Shown here in pieces: positions 12,873-24,434 of a DNA stretch of 64,000 nucleotides. How positions within the stretch are numbered: position 1 is the first letter of the stretch; the number at the start of each line of letters is the position of its first letter. Both the position numbers and the translations under genes were made by a program. The notes beneath the pieces are model-generated. The model saw nothing but the letters and a program-made list of their open reading frames with translations. It ran no database searches and had not been told where the DNA came from. Source of the stretch: Lingula anatina (taxonomy: Eukaryota; Animalia; Brachiopoda); assembly GCA_051362555.1 (NCBI GenBank), contig CM120641.1, positions 30,572,401 to 30,636,400 on the forward strand. Direction: 5' to 3'.

Positions 12873-13412
12873 TGTTATGTCCCTTTACATATACATATGA
12901 GATGAATGTCCCAAACTTATATAATTTAGAACGCTTAATTCAAGCGTGGGCTCGAAATAGGACATTACGTTTTAGACTTACTCAGTGGATAACGCAATTC
13001 AAAATTCCACGGTTCGTGTCAGATTTACGTAAGGTAGCGCAAAGAAAACCCAAGTCCACATAATGACCAGTTTAATGGTTTATTGTTTGACGATCTCTAA
13101 CTACATGTTCTATACGTGAAGCCTCCAACTTCTAAGCCGTCTCCCATAGCTCCGTCGAGCGGTCACCTTCGAGTCTTCTTCAGTCTGCCCCCCAATATTA
13201 TTTCTAGACGTCTTTTATACGCATTTCTTATCTATAGGTGGATTCTGTGCTGCAGTATTTGGCGGTACATACTAATTTTAATTATTCAAATTGCACACGT
13301 CCACTTAAGTTACACGACTACAGGTAAGGCCATAAAACGAGTCGAGTGCACAAGCAATCGACTCTAATCAAATTAATTTACATGTCTGGGAATTATATTT
13401 GTGAACACTACA
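12873..13412 (-). repeat. 3' LTR
   Basis: TG...CA termini, preceded on the minus strand by the polypurine tract. Contains minus-strand TATAAAA and AATAAA. Confidence 0.93.
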
Positions 13413-15948
13413 CGCCTTCCCTTTTTACCAGAAAAAAAAATACATTTTTTTTTCATTTACCACGTTGGAGACATTCACTCTACATTATATTTACAACATA
13501 TATACAAAGCGAAGCACGTTAATAAAAGAACACGTTACAGACAGGCTCGGAGGAAAACCAGAGATAAAACCCTTTAATTCATATCTTTCTTTGTCAATTC
13601 AGGGAAAAATAGCTCTGGAAACCGGGCAACTGAGCCCTTATATTTTAAAGTCTTTAAAATTGATTTGAGTCTTTTAGTATTTAGTCTTTCAATGGAATCA
13701 TCGGCAAAACGGCGGGGTCCACTACTCTCGGCTGTAGGGTAACTTGGGTTCCAGGACGCAGGACTGATAGGTCTAATGGATCGAAGCGCTGGAAACCCTC
13801 AGCCTTGGATACGCGGCAGGCGGTGGGTCGGAGGCGATGACACAGGCACGGCGATGCAGGGACCATTCACTGTCACCTGAAACGAGACACAGGGGAAAAT
13901 AAACTTTCTTCGTTATAATAAAGTTTCATCGTCTTTTTTTTTTTCATACTTAAACCTGCCTTCAGTTGTATCTACGTTCAACATACATCTGTCATTACTC
14001 CTTTTTTTAATATGCATATATCGTATAAGCATTAATTTTAGGGAAAAAATTCTAACCCATTTATTCCAGGGAAACAATTCCAATCACAAGCTCGCCACAA
14101 TAATAATATTGATAATAAACAAAGTCAATCAGGGCTAATATGAAGAGGAAAAACACCACCTATCATCCCAGACAACAGGAAAACCCACAGTTAGACCTAA
14201 TCAAGCTACCAGCACCATCACGACCGTATCAAGCTACCAGCGCCGTCTCGGCCTGCCTCATCAGCAACACCTGGCCATATGCTGCAGATAAAACTGTGTG
14301 AGCTACCAGTGCCGTCATGGTCTGTCTGCCAGCAGTATCCGGCCCATATTGCCAGCAAAACTCTGTATGTTTCCGAAGTCACAGGACACCCGTCGAATCG
14401 ATCATCATGGCTGGTTACTCAAACAACAGCAAGATATTAGCAAGAAAAGAATATCTACCCAGTTCCCACAGAACACCGTTCTGCTACCTAACCCTTCGTG
14501 GGCAGGCATCAACATAAAAAATACCTGGTCTAAAATACCAGTCCCGACACTCCAACGTGGAGCATGGTACCCTTAAAGAAATTATCTGGTCCAACTTGCA
14601 TTTATCCATTTGCGGACCTAAATTAACAAGCAGCCCTTACATCGCTAGGAACTCACCAGATCTTCCGCTCTTATTAACTTAGAGCAGGATAACCTTAAAA
14701 ATAAAATACTGGGTCTCCAACCTCACTTCGAGGTAAACTAACCTGTTTTCACCACGCCATATGAGCCTCCTTCCTTCATTACCCGTCACGACGTTTAATT
14801 GTCCTCTCGCATAATATAAAAGTCTAAAAGTACACGTGTTTGTCTGTCTGTGTGTCCGTTTTTAATTACTGTCTGCCTACGCACGTGCCTTGCCTAAACC
14901 AGTTCCGTCCGGTTTATTTCGACACCCGTTTTTAATATTCCCATTATAGACCAAAGCTTTGATATTGCCTCTATATTCAAATTTGCCTAAGAACACGTTC
15001 CTTATCACCACGAATGCCGCTTCTTATCTATGTTACCAAATTCTGATGTAATCTCCAACTATTACATGTAATTCGATCGGCGCAATTAGCAAACACTTGA
15101 AGTTCTTTATCTTACGGCTTGCCTCTGTCGGCCCTTGCACGACAATATCGGCAATTATAATTAATAGCACAATAGCCTGTACATCTGAACGTTACAAATT
15201 TAAAAATCCGATCAAGACCATATCAACGTAACCCTTATTTTACTACGTAGAAATTTCGTCAATTACCGAATCAACGCAACAATAACCCGAAAACATGTTA
15301 AAATACAACAACGACACCAAAAGACGATATATACTACACTGTACCAACAACGCAAAACTTATCTTAATTTTTCCGCTACGCAATCCTGAATATATCAAGA
15401 AAAAGAACACGTCTACGACTGCCACGTAACACCAGTGCGTAGCTTTTTCCGAAAATTGCATTTTTTCATGCACTAACGATCTCTTGTGTCTTACAAAAAA
15501 AAGTAAGCAATCTGCCTAAACATTTCATGTGCCGTAATTACGTGAAATTTTGCGACTTACATACAAAATCGACTTAAAAACTGGAGGAGCCGTTTATTCC
15601 TCTCTTACTATCATAACATTTTACTTAAAATCGGCAAGTCACCCCTACTTTGCACTGAATTTGGAAAGTTTTTAATTAATCTTAACATGAACAGGCCCTC
15701 CCACGGCACGAAAAACCGTTAAAAACTAACAAAATTTTACACAAAATTCGAAATCAAAATACTTGTTACTGCAAGATATAAACAATAGTTCATACTTACC
15801 GGCCGGTAGGTGATACTGCCTGGCCGACCGATCTTCGCTGCGCGAAGACATACCCTTTCTATACTTACCTCCCCGTCTGGCCATTTTGTGTCTAGTCAGG
15901 TCTTCCTTGTGCGCATTGGAACGTAAACTGGCGAAGCTCAGCCAAATA

Positions 15949-16488
15949 TGTTATGTCCCTTTACATATACATATGAGATGAATGTCCCAAACTTATATAA
16001 TTTAGAACGCTTAATTCAAGCGTGGGCTCGAAATAGGACATTACGTTTTAGACTTACTCAGTGGATAACGCAATTCAAAATTCCACGGTTCGTGTCAGAT
16101 TTACGTAAGGTAGCGCAAAGAAAACCCAAGTCCACATAATGACCAGTTTAATGGTTTATTGGTTGACGATCTCTAACTACATGTTCTATACGTGAAGCCT
16201 CCAACTTCTAAGCCGTCTCCCATAGCTCCGTCGAGCGGTCACCTTCGAGTCTTCTTCAGTCTGCCCCCCAATATTATTTCTAGACGTCTTTTATACGCAT
16301 TTCTTATCTATAGGTGGATTCTGTGCTGCAGTATTTGGCGGTACATACTAATTTTAATTATTCAAATTGCACACGTCCACTTAAGTTACATGACTACAGG
16401 TAAGGCCATAAAACGAGTCGAGTGCACAAGCAATCGACTCTAATCAAATTAATTTACATGTCTGGGAATTATATTTGTGAACACTACA
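15949..16488 (-). promoter_or_regulatory. 5' LTR with putative TATA box and polyadenylation signal
   Basis: Minus-strand TATAAAA at 16295-16289 and AATAAA at 16160-16155, in U3-R-U5 order. The PBS-like sequence follows 4 nt after the LTR. Confidence 0.8.
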
Positions 16489-16564
16489 AGAGGATAGGTA
16501 AAACAGTAGTCTAAATTATGCGATCATTTAAACCGTTCAAAATGTCTGGTGGTGTTGTAAAACA

Positions 16565-16759
16565 TCATTTGCTCTTTCGAGAAGAGTAGGGTGGATCAGG
16601 TAGTTTCTGGATAATCTTTTCAAAACTTATCCAGATTTCATCTTTTGTTGTTGGCCACTTAAACATATTATTGCACTTGCCACATTTTGTTGAAAACTTA
16701 CCAAGTACAGTAAAATCGTTTAAGTCAATTTCTGTTATTTCTCCAATGTAAGATGGTAA
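16565..16759 (-). pseudogene. C-terminal fragment of a probable DNA-transposon protein, adjacent to the LTR insertion
   Basis: Open frame without a start: LPSYIGEITEIDLNDFTVLGKFSTKCGKCNNMFKWPTTKDEIWISFEKIIQKLPDPP... It resembles the Y.G.I...V.VKF...F.WP..D..W....I...L..P tail I recall from invertebrate transposase-derived proteins. The family is not established. Confidence 0.55.
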
Positions 16760-16812
16760 GGTGCATGCTAGGATGCATGTAACTCAGGGTTAGCTCCTCT
16801 GACTTAGGGTGC

Positions 16813-17025
16813 TTTCCCAGAGATTTAGATCGATCTAAAGATTAAGATTTAGATCGACCTAACTCCCTGGGGGTTCACGCTAAATTGCAGTCAGCCGAGC
16901 GGGCACCATAGTTAATTACCCCCTTACAGCTTTTAGTAGGCAGGACAGACGCTTAAGCCGGCCAAGCTGACAGTAATCTAGTGAGACTCCCCACAGGGAT
17001 AGATCGATCTAAAAATCTATGGAAA
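16813..17025. mobile_element. MITE with imperfect ~25-bp TIRs; related fragments at ~22920-23095 and ~24325-24435
   Basis: TTTCCCAGAGATTTAGATCGATCTA / TAGATCGATCTAAAAATCTATGGAAA. The interior TAATTACCCCCTTACAGCTTTTAGTAGGCAGGACAGAC is the reverse complement of the 22922-22963 sequence. Confidence 0.65.
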
Positions 17026-17170
17026 TGGGGTGTAATACACTAGTACATGCATGCATAAACATTGTTTCCCATTAGGTATGAAATGGCAGGTTGACAGGCA
17101 TGACATGGAAGCCATTAATATACTGCAGCTGTCATTACTGGTTTCAACCTGGCACTTAAAAAGAGTATTT

Positions 17171-17210
17171 ATAAGATAAGATAAGATAAGATAAGATAAG
17201 ATAAGATAAG
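17171..17210. repeat. (ATAAG)8 microsatellite
   Basis: Pure pentanucleotide run. Confidence 0.92.
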
Positions 17211-17528
17211 AATTTACTAAATAAATAAAATACAAATGTATAAAATTGGGAATCTTTTGCCCTTTAATAGCTCCATTATCCTAAAAATGTATGCCAAAAG
17301 TTTTACCTTCATAGTGTCATTTATAGCCTTCCAGATTAGATTTCTAAATTGGACTTTATGATAGATTCATTTCAACAATCTTTGGTTATTACACTATTTT
17401 GCTGTTTTCTTTCAATCCAGATAAGTTACAGTTACATGGATACTTTGTTTAATGTATAACACTGAAGTACCTTCCTATTACTTTTGACTAGGATAGTAGT
17501 ATTTCGGTTTGTGGATAAACAGGAATTA

Positions 17529-18862
17529 CGGTAATGTGCCATGAATTTCGTACAGTAGAAAATAATTGAATTTGAGAAAAAGATCGTTTTGGTTGTAATT
17601 CATGAAATGGAGGTGCTCAGAACTTCCAAACGTTAAAATTTCATGGAATTCGGTCAGTTTTGACCAGAAGTTGTCTGTTCGTCACTAGGCCTTATGTTAC
17701 CTTCTTTCAACGATCTATTTAGAGTTACCATGATGAATGATGGGTGATTGTCGGTAATTGTGACCCAAGGGATACACATACTTTCACACGATCACTCTGT
17801 ACGGCTGAAGGTGCTAGATAACAAGTATTACTGTTGGCTAGGGACACAAAACAGCATCATTATCAGAAGTGTCCTTTTTCAAAAGCGAAACTAGCAGCCG
17901 GAAAATAGTGTCGTTTTTCGAAAAATGATCCTAGCGCTCAGAACTGGAGTGGACGGACTAAGAGACGGCTGGCGATTGGTGTCTACCCCGGCCAGATAAC
18001 TTTCACTGTGGCGGCCGAGCTTAGTATTACCATTGCTCCTTACCATGCACTAAAGCCGTGACAACAGCCGATTGGTGTCTATGGCACACGTACAGGTAGC
18101 CTTTATTGGCAATTAGCATCCTAACCTCGCTGTGCACCGGTCGGGTGTCTTCGAAGTCGTTTTGGAGGTGCCAAGATAACTGCTGATTGTTGTCTACAAT
18201 CACATATACTACGGTAGGTCGTTAGGGGGGGGGGTACCCCTAGGTGCAGGGCTCGGTATCCATGGTTGTGTGGTTGCCTTTTACAACCACTTTTTTTTTG
18301 GCCAGGCAACCCAATCTTGACCAGCAGCTGTCCGACAACACAACTGATTTCCTGGCACATAGTTGCACCAATTTGAAAAGTATGTACATTTTGTCATTTA
18401 AACCATCTTCAAACAAACACGTGAGTGATAATAATCTAGACGAAACCGAAAAGGCAATTTTCATATTTGTTAGCAATCCAAGCAAGACAGAAAGGCAATT
18501 TTCTTATTTCTTCCAAGGACTTTGTTAGCGGAAGATCGTCACCAGGAGATCAACAGCGATCTGAGCGAAACAAGAAGGTAGTTTTCATATTTGTTCAATG
18601 GACTTCATAAGCCGGAGATCGTGAACGTTCTGAGCGAGACAAAAAAACAATAGTGGTAATCTTTATTGCAGTTTTTAATTGCTTCTTTTGTTCTGTTACT
18701 GAAGTGCCAATGGCCGATTTTAATGTGTACGGAATTCACGAAAATCGAGATTGCGCAAACTTGCTTACTGGTCGAAATTCATGGTCCATAAGAAACTCCA
18801 GACGACTGATTTTTAAATTGTTACACATTTAAGAGCTGTTCGAAATTCATGGCACATTACCG
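17529..18862. mobile_element. Non-autonomous Tc1/mariner-pogo superfamily DNA transposon (1334 bp)
   Basis: 27-bp TIRs CGGTAATGTGCCATGAATTTCGTACAG / CTGTTCGAAATTCATGGCACATTACCG (1 mismatch), flanked by TA on both sides (17527-28, 18863-64). No recognisable transposase inside. Confidence 0.88.
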
Positions 18863-18939
18863 TAAGATGAACCACTGTATGTAGAATGTGTAACATTCTA
18901 ATGGGTAGATTGTGAGTTATTGCAGAGCATGAATCATGG

Positions 18940-19137
18940 AAACCAGTTCAGAATGTCTAAGTATTGTCTGCAGATCACCATTCTGTACTATTCCTATCTC
19001 AGCAATTGTCTTATTGATCATATAAAAATGACCGATAATTGATTATTTTGTTTTATGTAAAAAAGTGTTGAAAACTCATTTCAGTATAGTTATCTCTTGT
19101 TGTCTGTACATTTGACAATTTTGCTGCCTTGTTTTTG
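18940..19137 (+). mobile_element. HINE-like 3' fragment
   Basis: A piece of the ~192-bp core, followed by the GTCTGTACATTTGACAATTTTGCTGCCTTGTTTTT terminus. Confidence 0.7.
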
Positions 19138-19571
19138 CATTGTTGAAAAAAATTTTGGTGTTTGTATATTTATCAGCTTTGTTCTCTAGTTTTAATTATT
19201 TTCTTTCATGACAAATGCAAATAAGTTTTAATTATTTTATTTCTTTGAATTTTAGTGTTAGGAAATAGATGTGGTATATTGTCAAAAAAAGGAGAAGATG
19301 GACTTAGAGAACTGATATGATACACTGTAAGATGTGCTATCCAGGAAGATTGCAGCTTCATGCAATCACCCCATACTACAGTATTGTTATCTGATGTGCT
19401 TTACAAAGTGTGGCTGCCCTAAGCATCTCAGAGCTTTTAACCACTGTATAACCTGCAGAATAGGCCAAGGTCATGAGGGAAGGCAGGTAAGAAAATCATT
19501 TTGGTCACTTTACCGCCCTATAATGCCAGATAAAACTTTGCTGCATATTGTATTCAATTTGGTATCTCTTG

Positions 19572-21372
19572 TTGTATTATGAAAATTTATTGAGCATTGG
19601 CATTTAAACAACAATTGCCGGAAAGACATTGAACATTGTGACATCAACAATAGTTGTTGTATTATAGGAAGACATTGAACATGGTGACATCAACAATTGC
19701 TGTTGTATTATGGGAAGACATTGAACATTGTGACATCGACAGTTGCTGTTGCATTATGGGAATACATTGAACATTGTGACTTCGACATTTGCTGTTGTAT
19801 TATGGAAAGACATTGAACATTGTGACATCAACAATTGCTGTTGTATTATGGAAAGACATTGAACATTGTGACATCAACAATTGCTGTTGTATTATGGGAA
19901 GCCATTGAACATTGTGACATCAACAATTGCTGTTGTATTATGGAAAGACATTGTTATTGTGACATCAACAATTGCTGTTGTATTATGGAAAGACATTGAA
20001 CATTGTGACATCAACAGTTGCTATTGCATTATGGGAATACATTGAACATTGTGACATCAACAATTGCTGTTGTATTATGGGAAGCCATTGAACATTGTGA
20101 CATCAACAATTGCTGTTGTATTATGGGAAGACTTTGAACATTGTGACATCAACAATTGCTGTTGTATTATGGGAAGACTTTGAACATTGTGACATCAACA
20201 GTTGCTGTTGTATTATGGAAAGACATTGAACATTGTGACATCAACAGTTGCTGTTGTATTATGGAAAGACATTGAACATTGTGAGATCAACAATTACTGT
20301 TGTATTATGGAAAGACATTGAACATTGTGACATCAACAATTGCTGCTATTATGGAAAGACATTGTTATTGTGACATCAACAATTGCTGTTGTATTATGGA
20401 AAGACATTGAACATTGTGACATCAACAGTTGCTGTTGTATTATGGAAAGACATTGAACATTGTGACATCAACAGTTGCTGTTGTATTATGGAAAGACATT
20501 GAACATTGTGACATCAACAGTTGCTGTTGTATTATGGAAAGACATTGAACATTGTGACATCAACAGTTGCTGTTGTATTATGGGAAGACATTGATCATTG
20601 TGACATCAACAGTTGCTGTTGTATTATTGAAAGACATTGAACATTGTGACATCAACAGTTGCTGTTGTATTATGGAAAGACATTGAACATTGTGACATCA
20701 ACAGTTGCTGTTGTATTATGGAAAGACATTGAACATTGTGACATCAACAGTTGCTGTTGTATTATGGGAAGACATTGAACATTGTGACATCAACAGTTGC
20801 TGTTGTATTATGGAAAGACATTGAACATTGTGACATCAACAGTTGCTGTTGTATTATGGGAAGACATTGATCATTGTGACATCAACAGTTGCTATTGCAT
20901 TATGGGAATACATTGAACATTGTGACATCAACAATTGCTGTTGCATTATGGTAAGACATTGAACATTGTGACATCAATAGTTGCTGTTGGATTATGGGAA
21001 TACATTGAACATTGTGACATCAACAGTTGCTATTGCATTATGGGAATACATTGAGCATTGTGACATCAACAATTGCTGTTGCATTATGGTAAGACATTGA
21101 ACATTGTGACATCAACAATTGCTGTTGCATTATGGTAAGACATTGAACATTGTGACATCAACAATTGCTGTTGCATTATGGGAATACATTGAACATTGTG
21201 ACATCAACAATTGCTGTAGCATTATGGTAAGACATTGAACATTGTGACATCAACAATTGCTGTTGTATTATGGAAAGACATTGAAGATTGTGACATCAAC
21301 AATTGCTGTTGTATTATGTGAAGACATTGAACATTGTGACATCAACAATTGCTGTTGTATTATGGGAAGACA
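19572..21372 (+). repeat. 46-bp minisatellite array 2 (~39 units; consensus TGCTGTTGTATTATGGAAAGACATTGAACATTGTGACATCAACART)
   Basis: Same period and CATTGAACATTGTGACATCAAC core as array 1, but different diagnostic bases. Confidence 0.97.
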
Positions 21373-21444
21373 TAATTTGAAGAATGGGTGATTCGTTGAG
21401 TGTAATTTTCATTTCCAGTTGGCGGCAGCAGAAGCATTTATATC

Positions 21445-21930
21445 TTTCTCATATTGACATTTTCAGGGTGTGACTTTGAACTTTATTTGGCTTGAATACC
21501 TTTGCAAGTCATATTTTCTGAATACCCATGATACTTTTATTTTATTATTAAAAATTGATGGTTATTATGCTGTTTAGCATTATGTAATATATAATCAAAA
21601 TTAAAGAAAAAATTGATTTTGGGCACTGCCTCCATAGAGACCATTAAAAACTCTTACTCTTCTTAAACTTACATGAAAGAAAGGTAGGAGTAAAATACAG
21701 CTGGAGTTGGAAAACCAGTTAAATTGGCTTTTTTTTTATATTTCATATATTGGCATTTTCATTGTGGGACTTAGAACTCGCACGTGCATGAAGCCCAGTA
21801 GTAATCATATTTTTTTAATGTCCATGTTATGAATAGTAGATAATTGGTGGTAATTATACAGTTAATTATAATTATACTGCTGGCTTAAAGTTTAAAATGG
21901 GTGATTTTTGGAAGATGGACAGGAAAAACA
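21445..21930 (+). mobile_element. Diverged HINE-like internal fragment (~320-bp core, ~1.5 copies)
   Basis: catattgacattttcagggtgtgactttgaac...ttttctgaatacccatgatac...ttggaaaaccagt is homologous to 8330-8960. Confidence 0.7.
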
Positions 21931-22006
21931 TATTTTCGTTATTAATTTACTCATATGATTTCAGAAGTAAAACAAGCATTCATGCCCAAACACATGTCCA
22001 CACACA

Positions 22007-22039
<33 letters not shown>

Positions 22040-23977
22040 CATTGCCGCATTCTAACAGATACCTTGGCTTTGTAAAGTCTAAAGATATATGAGTTCCCTT
22101 TCTTTTCATTTTTATGAAAATTGGCTAAGTGTTCTAATTTTAATGTAGTCATTTATATATTTTCAGGCTGCAATGTTTCACAAGTCCATGATGAAGAAAA
22201 TATTTCCTGTGATTGGCCAGAGGTAGCCATGAAGGATTCTGTATTTAGAAAAGTCTTTAAATTCCAAGAAAAAGAGGAGGTAGGACGAAAGGGAGCTGTG
22301 ATCAATAGCAGAGGTGAGGAAACCATGTGATTAACAGAAATTATGGAAGCTATTGGCAAATGCAAAATTGCATAATATCACTGTAAGACTGATCACTCCT
22401 CACTGTCAGCTAAACATTTTTAAATATTTGTGTATAGAAAAGATATTTCAGAAAAATTGTGAAATAGTTATTTCATTTATTGATTGTGGCAGTTGATAAA
22501 GATTTATTTTGTAAAATGTATATTAAATAAATTATTGGATAATTTTCCCAAACTCATGACTAATTTAAATGAAAACAATTATTTATTTCAAGAATTGGTA
22601 TAAAAACTGTAGGTATCATTATGTGGATATAAAGAAGGGTTGTGTAATGATCCTCTTTAGCACAGAGTTCAGAGACCTAGATAATGTCAACACTGGAAAG
22701 GTGTTTATGTAGGTGAGTCATGAGTTTGTAAAAACAATATGCATTGCCTGTTGTTTTATCACTATGAAATTAGTTTAGAAGAATTCCTGCTGTAAAATGG
22801 CAATTCCATTGCATAGTTTTTAAATTGTCTTCAGTTATCGGTCATAGAAAAGGATTCAAAGAATTATTAAAATTTCGAGTTATTACCATAATTTCTAAAT
22901 GATGTACATTATTTCACGTACTAGATGTCTGTCATGCCTACTAAACCTGCTAGGGGGTAATTAATTATTGTTTAGCAGGTTCAGTAGGTGTGTCAGACAT
23001 CTAATTAAGCCACTTAAAGCTGAAAGCAATTGAGTGAGAAACCCTTTGGAGGTGGATCGATCCTGTTAGATTGAACTAGGTATGGGAACCCAGTCTTAAT
23101 ATTTGCTATGTCTAAAGGTTGATGTTCTAATAGATAATATTTTCTCCTATTACATAATATTAATATTATATGAATCAATATTATATAACCTATTTGGGTT
23201 TTATATAAATATGATGATGGTTTACTCATACTGCCAGTGTTAATAAATGGTTGTGTTCAGTTGATAGATTAAAATGTTGAAAGAGTACAGATACAGTAGT
23301 ATTGATGACTGGCCAAAAAATTAAACCAAACCAAACTAAAAGATTTGGAACAATGAAAAAACAAATTTTACTTCTATTATAGACAGACCATACCTGCTGA
23401 GGTGAAAATATCTGATTTTTTAAAAGTATTTTACAATTCTTGTGTCACGTACCTCTTATGCCTATAAATGAATCTGCTTCATATAGCGTAGAAGATATTT
23501 GTTTGATGTGTGTATTTGTGTGTATATATTCTGATCTCTATGGGCTCATTCTCACAGATACCATAGATCTACTTAGAGTGATCCAACTCTGTGCCTGGAC
23601 TCTCACCAAGTGCAATCAGTTTAATTGAATGACGTGTCTCCGCAGGCATTGAATAGAATACAAAATAGCTGCTGATTATGCAAATATGTTGGAAACAAGA
23701 GGAGACATGTCATTCACTTAAGCTGTTTGCACTCAGCAAGAGTCCCTGCAAAGGTACGATCGATGTCAGATTTGTTGTTAAGTTGATTTTTCTCTTCAGA
23801 ATTTTGGCACATTTCTTGTGGAAGTAGTGAGCAAGGACCAGAAATTATGGGTGGTTACTGTGACTCTGGACACCGTTGATCATCTGTACCTGTTGTCATG
23901 GAGATCAGGGTAACAGACAAACTCCAGACCATATGGTACCACAGCTGACAGCTAAGGTAAAACTACTCCCTGTGGTT

Positions 23978-24012
<35 letters not shown>

Positions 24013-24434
24013 TTAATCAAAACAACTTAAGAACTTTATCAGCAGCAAATCCATCATCTGCATAGTGAACAATATAAAAAAGCGTCATGTTTTGATTCCT
24101 GCAGTTGGCTATTTAATATATTTTTTTACAGTGTAATGATATCTTTATTTCAAGACATATTGATCAATTAAAGCAATGGATATCTTCCGAAAGAATATTG
24201 TGAAAATTTTCCAGATTCATCAACAGAAAAGCAGCCTGGGAGCCCACATTCCTATCAGTATGACAGCAAGGACAAATCTGGTTCAGTTCATCAAATACAA
24301 GTCTTGACCAGTAGATTAACTTAGACCTGTTTCCGTACCAAGATTGATCTGACAGGATTGACCCATCTCTGAGGGAATTCTCACTAAATTTGAGTTCAGA
24401 TTAAGCAGCTTAGATGTCTGCCACACCTACTGAA

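Larger units (their letters stand above)
12873..16488 (-). mobile_element. Young non-autonomous LTR retrotransposon (Gypsy-like by TSD length; LARD/TRIM-type, no gag/pol)
   Basis: 540-bp direct repeats at 12873-13412 and 15949-16488 with TG...CA ends, differing at 2 positions I could find. 4-bp TSD AGAG (12869-12872 / 16489-16492). On the minus strand, a PBS-like TGG starts at 15944 and a PPT GGTAAAAAGGGAAGGCG abuts 13412. The interior has no long ORF. Confidence 0.93.

Noticed and set aside
12872-13367. Duplicated 63-aa and 83-aa ORFs (also 15948-16443)
   Set aside because: They lie inside the LTRs, antisense to the element, and have no recognisable domain.
15861-15872. ATACTTACCT resembling the U1 snRNA 5' end
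   Set aside because: The following sequence does not continue as U1. It is simply the reverse complement of a consensus splice donor.
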